Below, piece after piece: positions 51,972-61,828 of a stretch of DNA of 64,000 nucleotides (within the stretch, counting starts at the first letter, position 1; each line of letters starts with the position of its first letter). Source of the stretch: Nitrosopumilus sp. (GTDB taxonomy: Archaea; Thermoproteota; Nitrososphaeria; Nitrososphaerales; Nitrosopumilaceae); the NCBI GenBank assembly GCA_963662625.1, contig OY759726.1, positions 1,472,001 through 1,536,000 on the forward strand, written 5' to 3'. A program made the position numbers and the translations under genes. The notes under the pieces are model-generated. The model did not search any database. It was not told the DNA's origin and saw nothing but the letters and a program-made list of their open reading frames with translations.

Positions 51972-52004
51972 GATTTTACTGATCTCGTATTTTGTACCCT
52001 TGTC

Positions 52005-52475
52005 TTATACTTTTCCTTGTATTTCGCTAATGTATTTCTGGGCATTTGAGATGAGATCGCACCGCTCGTTTTCTATGAATATCCCCGCCTCTTTATTTTC
52101 GTGAATCGCGGTATTACTAATGTTTAAGCTTGAAACTAAAAGGCTGTCAGTAGCGCCTGTTAGCAAAACCATCTTTGCGTGTACTGATCTTCTAAACATA
52201 ATGGTCACTCCTAGGTTTTCAATCAAGTCAGAAACAAATTCCTGCTCAGTAGGATCATTTTTGAGCGTTCTTTTGTTTATTATGATTATGACCTTTACCT
52301 GACTGCGGATCAACTGCTCCAATTTTTTACGAAATGGCACTCCGTTAATTGTGGCGTTGTGAATGTGCTGGCTAACGATTTTAAGTTGCTTCAGGCCCCT
52401 CCTTGCGGTTATCATTTGGTTTAGGCGAAATTCTAGGGAATGGCCGGAAACAAATTCTATCACCATGCATCTCAC
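52005..52475 (-). CDS. Phospholipase D-family (Nuc/DpdK-like) single-domain nuclease
   Basis: VHAKMVL...SSLNIS...NKEAGI (HxK, SxN, E); the HKD aspartate is replaced. Confidence 0.8.
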   Translation of the reverse strand: MRCMVIEFVSGHSLEFRLNQMITARRGLKQLKIVSQHIHNATINGVPFRKKLEQLIRSQVKVIIIINKRTLKNDPTEQEFVSDLIENLGVTIMFRRSVHAKMVLLTGATDSLLVSSLNISNTAIHENKEAGIFIENERCDLISNAQKYISEIQGKV

Positions 52476-52498
52476 CCTGTATTTTTTATCCCACGATC

Positions 52499-53527
52499 TT
52501 ACTGCCTCATGTTTTTTAAGGATTTAAACAGGCTTGCAAAATTCGTTTTTCCCATGATTCTTTCAACGTATTCGTCGTAGCGGTTCTCGTGAATTAGCTT
52601 TCTTGCCTTCTTTAGCTCCTGCTGGTGAGTCCAAGCGTTGTGAATCGCCCTGGCGTAAAAATCATCCTCCAGCCCCTTCATACCATGGCGCCTGCACATG
52701 GGGCACCTGCAGTTTTCCAGCTTTTTCCCCTCTTCTTTAGAAAGCCGCGGGTATAGTTTTTTTCTTGCCACCTTTGAAACCCACCTGTCGCCCATCCCGG
52801 GCATCTGGATTGCGCCAAACGCCGCCTTTGTCCTCCAGGCAGAACTGTCAAGGGAGTCTGCGCCAGCATAGTACATCAAGTGCATCGTGAGCGTGCCGCC
52901 TGTGCCAAAAACGTGCAGTTTTGCCCTAGGAATTTGCTTTCGAACCTCCAAGATCACCTTCATTACGTTGAGGATCCCGCCCACCCCCTTGACGTTATAC
53001 ATGGCAGGAACCAGGCTGCCAATGCCGTAAATTGGGAACCTGTCGATTTTTTTCAGCCTTTTCACATAATCCCGAATTTCTCCTGCGTCATAACCATGAA
53101 TAACCGGCACCAGAACGGGATTTTTTGTAACTTTGTTTTTTAGCATGATCCTTGTATTTTGTAGCGTTTTTGATTTCCGCCTTTCGTTTTCTTCTTTAGG
53201 TAGGGTGGGAAACAGGGGATGGTCCAAAACCACGCCAAAATTTGGTTTAGCCCTTTCGTAGAAACCAATAATTTCTTCTGCAGAAACATCCATGTGTTTT
53301 CTTTTCATGAATAAAAACCCGCCAGAATCCATCATGATCGGACCACGAAATCCCAAAAAGCCATGAATTTTTTCCTCTTGCGCTGTTTTGAATGCGTGTG
53401 GGTGCTGCATAAAGTCATGCGCATTCATTAAAACACCACCCACTCTGAAATAATTCCAAGGCGCGCTCTTTTTATCTGCGACCATTTGGCTAAACCACAG
53501 CATCGGGTATTCTATTTTGTGTTTCAT
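52499..53527 (-). CDS. tRNA-guanine transglycosylase-fold protein lacking PUA (DpdA-like base-exchange enzyme)
   Basis: MDSGGF, VLDHP, PVIHG, GIGSLVP, HVFG, ADSLDSSAW nucleophile motif, Zn site CRCPMC...HN; 342 aa. Confidence 0.9.
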   Translation of the reverse strand: MKHKIEYPMLWFSQMVADKKSAPWNYFRVGGVLMNAHDFMQHPHAFKTAQEEKIHGFLGFRGPIMMDSGGFLFMKRKHMDVSAEEIIGFYERAKPNFGVVLDHPLFPTLPKEENERRKSKTLQNTRIMLKNKVTKNPVLVPVIHGYDAGEIRDYVKRLKKIDRFPIYGIGSLVPAMYNVKGVGGILNVMKVILEVRKQIPRAKLHVFGTGGTLTMHLMYYAGADSLDSSAWRTKAAFGAIQMPGMGDRWVSKVARKKLYPRLSKEEGKKLENCRCPMCRRHGMKGLEDDFYARAIHNAWTHQQELKKARKLIHENRYDEYVERIMGKTNFASLFKSLKNMRQ

Positions 53528-54258
53528 GTCGTCTTTATCTGCCTAAGAAGCGATTTGAGCACCTTTGGGTGGGCCACACCGTACATGTCCCATGCAAATG
53601 TACCGCGCTCGTTGACCAGGTTTTTAATTTGATTTTTTGTTGGTAATATTTCTATGTCTAAATGATATCTCCGAGATGCTAATTCCAACATTCTCCTATG
53701 AGTATGATCGTCTTTTTGATCCAAAGCAGAAGAGTACGTTCTCACACACGCGATTATTTTTTTGTATTCTTGTCCTACTCTTTTTAGTGTCTTTCCAACA
53801 TTGTCAGAAATAATCTCAATGCTTCTATCCAAGTATTCTTTATCGTACTCTTGCTTGTATCGACGGCACCACCATTCAAAAAGCCCTGGGCAATCATACC
53901 ATTCGAACCCAGAAAAATACTGGTCTGGTACTAACCCGAAAGGCTCTGAAATAGTCATCACCTGAATTTGCTCTCTTTTTCCATTAAGCCTATCTAGATA
54001 TTGGTACAGCTGTTGGTATGAGCGTGATCTGTTGTATGGCTTAACTGTAGAGCATGGATAAATCAGCAAAACGTCTTTTCTTTCTGGGACATACGTTTTG
54101 GCCATGAAATTATGCCATTTTTTGATATCCGGGTTGGACGCTAGTCCTTTGTAGACCTCTTCTGGCGAATAGAAGCACAGGGACTTCTTAATTTTGACAC
54201 CTTTGCCAACTCTGGAAGAAACTGTTCGGTATAGTTCTAACTTTGACATTTCCACCAC
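53524..54258 (-). CDS. Stand-alone DUF5591 (archaeosine synthase ArcS-type) domain protein
   Basis: LLIYPCSTVKPYNRSRSY, TISEPFGLVP, YDCPG match the ArcS 'LPCS..KPYS.S.SH / SP.G.VP / YD.P' motifs; 4-nt overlap with the TGT gene. Confidence 0.8.
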   Translation of the reverse strand: MVEMSKLELYRTVSSRVGKGVKIKKSLCFYSPEEVYKGLASNPDIKKWHNFMAKTYVPERKDVLLIYPCSTVKPYNRSRSYQQLYQYLDRLNGKREQIQVMTISEPFGLVPDQYFSGFEWYDCPGLFEWWCRRYKQEYDKEYLDRSIEIISDNVGKTLKRVGQEYKKIIACVRTYSSALDQKDDHTHRRMLELASRRYHLDIEILPTKNQIKNLVNERGTFAWDMYGVAHPKVLKSLLRQIKTT

Positions 54259-54279
54259 GGTTCAATGTGTACGGGGGTT

Positions 54280-57200
54280 CTAGCCATGATCTTCCACCTC
54301 GTCCGAATTCAAGGCAATGCCTAACTTGACAAAGCCTTTCTCATACAATATTTGAACAGATTTTGTAACGGCAGGATCAAATAAATTATTGCCAACTTTG
54401 TTTAGTCCCGGTTCTAGCTTTCCCGGATCCACGTAATCCTTTCCAGATGATACGTCCGAAACGAGTTGTAATAAACCGGCAGATCCTCTGTCGATATCTA
54501 ATTCTTGGATAATTTTTTTCATGAAAACATCTCTCCGCCTATTTAATTCATTGACCATTTTAATCCATGTCATTTTATTCATCCTTTGTAAATGGTCTTT
54601 TAATTTACTTGAAAATTTTTCGAAATCCATTCTTGATTCTATCAAGACAACTTGCTTTGATTCAGGTAAATTTTTTGAACAGATATTTACAAAATTAACG
54701 AGTGTTTTTGTTTTCGCTTCGACAGCTTCGATAAATTTTTTAATAATTTCATGCAACGCTATATTGATCTGCTCTATTTGCTCACTCAAATCCTTCATGT
54801 TAGAATTAATCTCTGTCACGCATTTAACAAATATCACAATTTCTGATAAAGACGTTGGCAGTTCTAAATATTCTTTATTGGCAGAATTCAAAGATTTTTT
54901 CATATCATTAATTTTCTTTTGGATTGCCACAGTGTTGATCGTTGAGTCTGACACATCTTCAGAACCCACTATAAAGTCACTTAAATCCTCTAAACATTTT
55001 TTACATTCCTCATAATGCTTAAGGAAAGTGCATTCATGCTGATCCACTTCTTTTATTTTCTCTAATATTTCGCCCCTGCGTTGATTAAAAGCTGCTAGTT
55101 TTTGGCTAACAGTAGAAAAATACTCTTCAATTTGTTTTAAATCCTTTATTTTTGTGGTTTTTGGAAGTGCCGGTGGTTTGATTTGGGTAGCTGACTTGTG
55201 TAGGCCGCTGGAAATTTTATGTGCACTCGGAAAAACAAAAGTTGCGGTTGCAGCCTTAATTTCTCGGTAGGATTCCTTGATACTTTGTGCAAGGCTATTG
55301 GTTTTGTCAGTTGTGCGCTTCATCGCGTCAAGTTCAGCATCAAAACATTCTACAGCCTTTTTTAGATTATGATAGGGTAAGCTAAAGTAATATGCATCGT
55401 CAGCACTTTTCTCAAAATAAAAGGCGGATTTTTTATGATCTTTTTTAGAGTCTTTCATCCCTATAGATTGAGTTTCTTCTGTGACGAGTCTTCGTTCGTA
55501 AGTTTTTTCATATTCGCTCTGAACTAAATCGACAAATTTCTTTTGGATGCTCTCCAAAATAATTTCAGAAGTGATATGTTGTTCTTTATTGGATACTAGC
55601 TTGTTAAATGTTAAAATAATTTCATCTATTTGATGTTTATAGCTTTCAAATTTAGACATGGTATCCTTGAATAATTTGGCTTTTTGGTTATTTGCCTCGG
55701 TAATTATTGGACGAACATTTTCTTGATAATAATCGTAAATTGCAATTATTAATTTGGAAAGACGAAGCTCTTCGTCACCGTCTGAATCATTTTTTTTATC
55801 AAGTAATCCTTGTAAAACATGAATGTAATCTGATTCACTTATTACCCTACATTCTCTCATTTTTGTTTGCGAAATAAAGTGACCGTTTGAATTATCTTGA
55901 GGATATGATTCATTCATGTATTTTTCAACAGCATTAATTTTTGGTTGAAATACTGCATCGCCCTTCTTTATTATGGCGTAAGTGTTATTGGTTTTTCTAA
56001 TTTTTCCCTTCTGGATCAATGTGTTTAGATAATAATTCTGCAATGCTCCCTCGGCGTTAGACTGGTTTACGAATTCCTGTTCCAGTCCAGCCTGTGAATT
56101 TTTATTTTTTCCTAGTAATCGAATAACCCTTTTTTCTACAGGTGTGTCAACTGACATGATTACGGAGTTAATGTCCTTTAAAAATTGGTTGTTAGTTAAT
56201 CCATATGCCCAAGATTTCCATTCGTCTTTAGTTTCAATATCTATCGGGCAAAATGATCCTTTACTACCAAATAACTTGATTGATTTTAATTTTTTATAAA
56301 ACTCCCATTGCTCATCGATTGGAAAATTGGATGTACTTATAAAAGAAGAGATCGCTTCTCTGATACTGCTCTTACTGTAATCTCCCAATTCTTTGAGTAA
56401 CGGAATTATGATTCCGGAAGCTTCCGCCTTTGGAATCCAAAAATTTTCAATGCGTTGCTTCAGCTTTAATTCATTTATTATTGCAGAAATGCGGGATTTT
56501 TCAGTGATGCGATTAATTTGGATTTTTTCCACTTTTGCACGTTTCCAACAAAGTAACTGCTCGACATTAATTCTGTCTATTGGAATTCGCTGAATCTCAC
56601 CCACACCCTCCAGTAATTCATGAACGGGTTTTTCCAAATGTGTTTGGTAGAATAACAAAGTCAGAACTGCAGGAGTGGCATCAACAAGCTTTCTAATTTT
56701 ATCAATTTTTTCTACAGAAATATTCTCGATGATTCCTTCAATTATAATGGGAATTGGATTGTCCCGTTCATTTAACTTTAAAAGAAAATACTCCTCCTGC
56801 GGCTCACAATTAATATCTGAAAGTTTTATCGCATCAATTAGTGCGTACTTGAGATCATGATGAATCTTATCACGGTTTTTCACATCCCCCAAATCCCTTT
56901 GGATTTTTCTTCTTAACTCTAGCCGTTTACTTCTGTCTTTAATAAAATCAAATTTAATTAAGTTTGGAGATGGAAAGACGTTTTCTAGAAGATTTACTGA
57001 AACACGGTAAAATCTATTCGAGGTATCGAAATTATTTTTCACGGAATGATAGAATTTTCCAGCAATGGTACTATCAATACCTAACAATCTAGATAATTCG
57101 TGTGGGTCTTTTGGAATTACAATCTCTTTATCAAAATAATTCTTTGATAAATTACTGCTTATAACATAGTTTGTAAATGATTCTTTTAATGTAGCGATCA

Positions 57201-58542
57201 GGATAGAATTATAGTCAACAGTTATGTACTGATTCTTGCCTTGTTCGATTTTTGTATAGTTTGATAAAATTGAATCGAAATCCCGCCCTTCTTTCAATTT
57301 ATAATATACCCCAAAAGCAGAATCAAGTTTGTTTTGGTTTTGAAGATTTTCATTAATTTGATTAACCAAATTGCTGATATCTTTTTTAGGAATACTTAAT
57401 CTTTCAGAAATTTCATCGATGGAAAAGGCCTTGTTTTCTCCTGTTAGCAATTCAAAGATTTTAATTAATTTTTCCGAATTTCTCCTTGAATTACTTAATG
57501 ACTTTCTGAAACCATCTAGCATGTTAGCTTCAATTGCGGACGTGGATGATCCATAAACGGAAACTTTGACATCATTTAATTCTTTAAACAGCTGTGTGTA
57601 ATCAATGCAGCATATCGTGGTTTTATCATAAGGGATCGCCTTGCTCATTAGCTTGTAGAGCAGCTGGATTAATGCCCTGGGGTTTCTTTGAGAAATATTT
57701 ACAATAGTTTCAAAAATCCCGGCACTAGCAATTGGCAACTTTTCTAATTTTCCAGCATAGCTAACTTTTACTAGCTCAGATAAAAAGTGGTAGCAATCAA
57801 ATCTCGAGAGGAGAGGTAATTCAATCAAATTGTAGGCGAGTCTTTGTTCAGTGCTCCCCATTACTTGAGAAAAATTAGGATCTTCAGTAATCGTATTCCA
57901 TGCATACGGCGTACACGCAACAAAGATGTGCAACCTTCCCTCGTATTTACCTCCTTCAGATAATGATCCAAATTTTTTGTTGATGACTTCTTTAATTCCT
58001 GAAATCACATCAGCTTTAATATCCTCATTGTAGAGAATTTCTTCAAACTCATCTAAAAATAAATACATTTTTTTTTGATTATTTTCAAACAATTCTGCAA
58101 GTTTTTCATTCAGATATCTTACTGGATCTTTTATCATATCTTTGTAAAACAGTCCTTTATCTCCCTCCTGAGAATATAGATCGTCACCCACTGCAGTTAA
58201 TAATGCTGTTAAAAAATTGGTGGCGGTGTTTGAATGATGCGTATAGCTTTCATTCCTACGTAATTTCTTTGCCAGTGTACTGGTAGATACCGAATAGCAA
58301 TAGTGATGTTTTAGAACCGTTGAGATATAGCGATCAAATGCATCAGTCTTACCTTCCCCCCATTCTGCTTTAATCAGACATATCTGGATGTTCTTATCAT
58401 TACGAGTTTTTTCAATAAAGCCGTCGATTAAATTCGCGACTGATTCGCGCCCAGGAATCTTTGCATTTTTAACTCCTTGGAAAGGAACGCCTTTGGGGTC
58501 TGGTAGATTTCTGAGATCGAAAACTGGTGCAGTGCTAACCAT
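54280..58542 (-). CDS. Large (~1420 aa) P-loop ATPase with HTH and long coiled-coil C-terminus (BrxC/DpdH/SspC-like layout)
   Basis: Walker A AEWGEGKT, Walker B LFLDEFEE, NPRALI sensor, FSIDEISERLSI HTH. ATG at 58542, or GTG at 58554. Confidence 0.8.
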   Translation of the reverse strand: MVSTAPVFDLRNLPDPKGVPFQGVKNAKIPGRESVANLIDGFIEKTRNDKNIQICLIKAEWGEGKTDAFDRYISTVLKHHYCYSVSTSTLAKKLRRNESYTHHSNTATNFLTALLTAVGDDLYSQEGDKGLFYKDMIKDPVRYLNEKLAELFENNQKKMYLFLDEFEEILYNEDIKADVISGIKEVINKKFGSLSEGGKYEGRLHIFVACTPYAWNTITEDPNFSQVMGSTEQRLAYNLIELPLLSRFDCYHFLSELVKVSYAGKLEKLPIASAGIFETIVNISQRNPRALIQLLYKLMSKAIPYDKTTICCIDYTQLFKELNDVKVSVYGSSTSAIEANMLDGFRKSLSNSRRNSEKLIKIFELLTGENKAFSIDEISERLSIPKKDISNLVNQINENLQNQNKLDSAFGVYYKLKEGRDFDSILSNYTKIEQGKNQYITVDYNSILIATLKESFTNYVISSNLSKNYFDKEIVIPKDPHELSRLLGIDSTIAGKFYHSVKNNFDTSNRFYRVSVNLLENVFPSPNLIKFDFIKDRSKRLELRRKIQRDLGDVKNRDKIHHDLKYALIDAIKLSDINCEPQEEYFLLKLNERDNPIPIIIEGIIENISVEKIDKIRKLVDATPAVLTLLFYQTHLEKPVHELLEGVGEIQRIPIDRINVEQLLCWKRAKVEKIQINRITEKSRISAIINELKLKQRIENFWIPKAEASGIIIPLLKELGDYSKSSIREAISSFISTSNFPIDEQWEFYKKLKSIKLFGSKGSFCPIDIETKDEWKSWAYGLTNNQFLKDINSVIMSVDTPVEKRVIRLLGKNKNSQAGLEQEFVNQSNAEGALQNYYLNTLIQKGKIRKTNNTYAIIKKGDAVFQPKINAVEKYMNESYPQDNSNGHFISQTKMRECRVISESDYIHVLQGLLDKKNDSDGDEELRLSKLIIAIYDYYQENVRPIITEANNQKAKLFKDTMSKFESYKHQIDEIILTFNKLVSNKEQHITSEIILESIQKKFVDLVQSEYEKTYERRLVTEETQSIGMKDSKKDHKKSAFYFEKSADDAYYFSLPYHNLKKAVECFDAELDAMKRTTDKTNSLAQSIKESYREIKAATATFVFPSAHKISSGLHKSATQIKPPALPKTTKIKDLKQIEEYFSTVSQKLAAFNQRRGEILEKIKEVDQHECTFLKHYEECKKCLEDLSDFIVGSEDVSDSTINTVAIQKKINDMKKSLNSANKEYLELPTSLSEIVIFVKCVTEINSNMKDLSEQIEQINIALHEIIKKFIEAVEAKTKTLVNFVNICSKNLPESKQVVLIESRMDFEKFSSKLKDHLQRMNKMTWIKMVNELNRRRDVFMKKIIQELDIDRGSAGLLQLVSDVSSGKDYVDPGKLEPGLNKVGNNLFDPAVTKSVQILYEKGFVKLGIALNSDEVEDHG

Positions 58543-58543
58543 C

Positions 58544-60220
58544 CTAACCCTCACCTAGTAAACCCTTCACTACATCAGTAGTTCCAGCAGTGTGTGGGAT
58601 CACCCTGTCATTTGAGCTCACTTTAATCGTTAATGGAATGGGTAATTTTTTGGACATTTGCCCCGTAACAATTACTTGGCCTTGAGAAAGATTCGTTAAT
58701 TTGTTTTCTCGTGATTTAGGCAAACCTCCTGTCACTTTTCTCACAAAACTAATATCACCAAATGCGATTCTATGGATAAAGAATGTATTTACCATGGAAA
58801 CGACCACTTCATCTAAAAATGCAGGTCTTTGAGAGATGAGGCATAACCCAATTCCAAATTTTCTTCCTTGTGTTGCAATAACGTGTAATTTTCTTCTAGC
58901 TAATCCTGCACCTACCTTGTACACGGAATCATTGGGTATATAGTTATGTGCTTCCTCAATTGCAAAAATAATGTATTTCTTTGCTTTATCAGTTTTATAG
59001 CGGGTGAAGGTTTTATAAATTAAAGATGCGAAATACCCCACTACTGCTTGCTTTAACTCTGGGGAAATTCCCGGCGCGCCATCAGATGAAAAATCTATTA
59101 TTGCAATTTCGCGGTTATTTGTAAGTTTGTCAAGGAAATTACGAGTAATTGTGGGATCCTCATCGAAAAGTTTTGATGTTAAAGCTTCGCGTCTAAATTT
59201 TTCTAATGCTCTTCGTATTGCACCTGCAACAGAACTATGAATTTCTGGATTTTTACCAGTTGAGAAATCGTTTAATTTAGTAGTTATGCGTTCGAATTTG
59301 GCTTCATCAGTGAATAACTCACTATAACGGAATTCTGGAGGTTCTTGGTTTGGATTTCCGATATCATTTTGTAGTTCCATATATTCAATCACTCTTTCCA
59401 GTCCCGTAATTTGAAGTTCGGGCAACTCCCCACCCGTATAAAACTGCATTATGATTTCCGCTAATTCAGTTCGTGATAGTGTACCTAGATCAATTCTTAG
59501 TTCAGCGACGTTTGCATCTCCTCGTTGTGTGGATACAGGGAAAACATATCGTGTAATATTTTTACACGCGCCATCTAAACTATCTCCATTAACTGCATAA
59601 TCAGTATAGTCGCCATTAGAATCTATTATCAGCATGGGCATAGCTACTAGTCGGGTTGGTCCTGCAGGGACATTCACAAATTTTTCAATCAGTGCACCCA
59701 CGTTGTAGGATTTCCCACTACCAGTAGTCCCAAAAACTGCCATATGCATCGGTATTTCTTCTATACTCAGCGGAATTGGGGCCTTTTGATATCCAAGTAG
59801 TGTACCATACCACACGTATCCTGGTTCGTTTCTTCCAATCCCAAAAATCGTTTCAGGATCAGACACGTCAACTTCAAAAACAGGGTCGCCTGGCAGCGGA
59901 GGATGGTTAAGCAGGGCCAGATGTGGAATTTCGCCTAAAAGCTCCAGTGTACAGGTTACATATTGCCGGGCTACGTTTGAAGGGATACTGAAATCCTTTC
60001 TTCTGGATTCTGACCACGCATCCCCTTTGGTGTAGAAATCATTGTGAGGTTCTACGCTTTCTACATGAGCAAGAATGTCTTTGCCTCTAGATTCAATTAA
60101 GACTAATTTGCTCTCCGTTATTTTATGCTCAAAGTTTTCAAATAACTGAAATTTTGCTTCAGAAGAAGAACCGGCAGTGAGGATGACTCCTATTTTATCC
60201 CCTTTTGGGTTTCTGGCCAT
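58544..60220 (-). CDS. herA: HerA-family DNA translocase
   Basis: N-terminal HAS barrel; HMAVFGTTGSGKS, IEEAHN, GRKFGIGLCLISQRP. Confidence 0.92.
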   Translation of the reverse strand: MARNPKGDKIGVILTAGSSSEAKFQLFENFEHKITESKLVLIESRGKDILAHVESVEPHNDFYTKGDAWSESRRKDFSIPSNVARQYVTCTLELLGEIPHLALLNHPPLPGDPVFEVDVSDPETIFGIGRNEPGYVWYGTLLGYQKAPIPLSIEEIPMHMAVFGTTGSGKSYNVGALIEKFVNVPAGPTRLVAMPMLIIDSNGDYTDYAVNGDSLDGACKNITRYVFPVSTQRGDANVAELRIDLGTLSRTELAEIIMQFYTGGELPELQITGLERVIEYMELQNDIGNPNQEPPEFRYSELFTDEAKFERITTKLNDFSTGKNPEIHSSVAGAIRRALEKFRREALTSKLFDEDPTITRNFLDKLTNNREIAIIDFSSDGAPGISPELKQAVVGYFASLIYKTFTRYKTDKAKKYIIFAIEEAHNYIPNDSVYKVGAGLARRKLHVIATQGRKFGIGLCLISQRPAFLDEVVVSMVNTFFIHRIAFGDISFVRKVTGGLPKSRENKLTNLSQGQVIVTGQMSKKLPIPLTIKVSSNDRVIPHTAGTTDVVKGLLGEG

Positions 60221-61389
60221 CAATGAACATCTCCCATCATTTTCATTTGAATTATGTTTTCCACATCTTCATTACTCTTAGAACCGGTAATAAATTCCCT
60301 AAATAATATGTCTGCCGCTCCTTGTCCAATATTGCACTTTTCATGTGCTAAAATCACAGGAATAGGGATGTGTCTTCCGGGTGCAGCCCACCTAACGATA
60401 GATTTGATTGCTTCGATTACTAAATCATTTTTAACAAATTTTTTGCTTGGAGACAACGCAATATCTACACGAATAGGGCTGGAGACATAGCCATTTGCCA
60501 TCAGAAATGTTAAAACATCCACACCATTGTTCTGATATTCATTTGCGGCTTTTTTACCAATTTCGCCAGTTTTTCCTTTAGAGTTAATCTCTGAAAGTAA
60601 AATTGGTTCAGTGTAAGCAAGACAGTCTTTATCATTTTTTAGATACTCTGTAAAAATATGTACTGCTAAATTTTTATCTGAAAGCATATTTTCAAATTCA
60701 ACTGATTCGCTTAAAGGAAAAAATGATTTGTAATGGTTGGAGAATAATGTTCCGCTAATTCTTTTTACGATTCCAATTAACTGTGCTCCTCTCGAAAAAC
60801 CCTGTTTGATCGCAAATGTCCTTCCTTCAACGTATTGTTTTTGATTTTCGAACGGAGGATCAATAATTGGACCATCAAGAAAAATAATTCCATCGCTTTC
60901 TTTTTTCCTAGACATCGCCGTAACCTTTAACGCTTCTGTTTCCATATCCATCATGAATTTTTCCGCCGCAGCGCCTGCGCCTTTCTCGTCAATTTGATTT
61001 ATTGTTCGAATTGCTGGAGTTACTAGAACATCAACGTCAGAATCATAACCTTGGGGATACCTTATTCTTGCGACGCTGTAAAAAATCATCCACCCGCCAT
61101 CTGGTCTGGGGTATTTTTGCAGACTTCCATCTACGGCATCTGTAAGCGTTTTGGCATATTCAGAAAGATCTGTTTTTGTCAAATCCATTTTATGAATAAT
61201 GCTTTTCGAAACCATTAGTGAGAGAGCTTTCTTAGCACTTTTGCGATATTCTTTGGCAGATTGCTTCATTGCCTCGGATTGTTTTGATGTTTCCTCAACA
61301 AATTTTACCATGGCTTCTGCAGGAAGCTTGTTGAAGCTAAGCATGTTGAGTTCTCTACGAAGCTGTTCTTCTTTGTATAAATCAGGCAT
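60220..61389 (-). CDS. nurA: NurA-family 5'-3' nuclease
   Basis: AVDGS, IFLDGPI, GIVKR, RVD, PIPVILAHEKC; stop overlaps the herA start. Confidence 0.88.
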   Translation of the reverse strand: MPDLYKEEQLRRELNMLSFNKLPAEAMVKFVEETSKQSEAMKQSAKEYRKSAKKALSLMVSKSIIHKMDLTKTDLSEYAKTLTDAVDGSLQKYPRPDGGWMIFYSVARIRYPQGYDSDVDVLVTPAIRTINQIDEKGAGAAAEKFMMDMETEALKVTAMSRKKESDGIIFLDGPIIDPPFENQKQYVEGRTFAIKQGFSRGAQLIGIVKRISGTLFSNHYKSFFPLSESVEFENMLSDKNLAVHIFTEYLKNDKDCLAYTEPILLSEINSKGKTGEIGKKAANEYQNNGVDVLTFLMANGYVSSPIRVDIALSPSKKFVKNDLVIEAIKSIVRWAAPGRHIPIPVILAHEKCNIGQGAADILFREFITGSKSNEDVENIIQMKMMGDVH

Positions 61390-61410
61390 AAATATAGGAT
61401 GATCTTGCTA

Positions 61411-61424
61411 TGTTTATAATATTT
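61411..61424 (-). promoter_or_regulatory. Putative archaeal TATA box of the nurA-led operon (leaderless)
   Basis: AAAATATTATAAAC on the minus strand, with TTATAAA 24-30 nt upstream of the nurA ATG. Confidence 0.5.
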
Positions 61425-61828
61425 TAGTGTGGATAATGCGGCAGTCTGTACACATGATAACCAACCAGACGTATCTGCATCAACGGATCGACTCTTTGCA
61501 TGTGGGCCCAGTGCCCTTGAGCTTGAGTGGGGCAACCGAGCTGGTTGTGTATTGGGCCTAGTGCCTTAACAGGCGTGTGTATATTCCTGCCCGTCAGACA
61601 TTTGAAAGGATGTGATGGGAAAGGATTAGAAAGACAAGCACAGGGATAGACATAGGGGAGGAAAACTGCGACATGTGCATGGTGGATATGCCGGGACGAT
61701 CCTCGAGGGAGGGCATTACCCCAACACCCGGGACGGAGCGTGGAAGTTTGTGAGAGTGATGGCGCGCAGGTGCCTGGGGGCGGCTCCCGGAGCATAGAAA
61801 ATAAAAGTATCATGCGTACCTGAAACCC

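Noticed and set aside
52499-53527. Housekeeping archaeosine tRNA-guanine transglycosylase (tgtA)
   Set aside because: No C-terminal PUA region, foreign composition and a nuclease/ATPase operon context; gene symbol withheld.
49901-58542. BREX or Ssp phosphorothioate system
   Set aside because: No PglX, PglZ, PAPS reductase or cysteine desulfurase motifs found.
58544-61389. Core double-strand-break repair operon
   Set aside because: No mre11 or rad50 adjacent, and composition is AT-rich unlike core genes.
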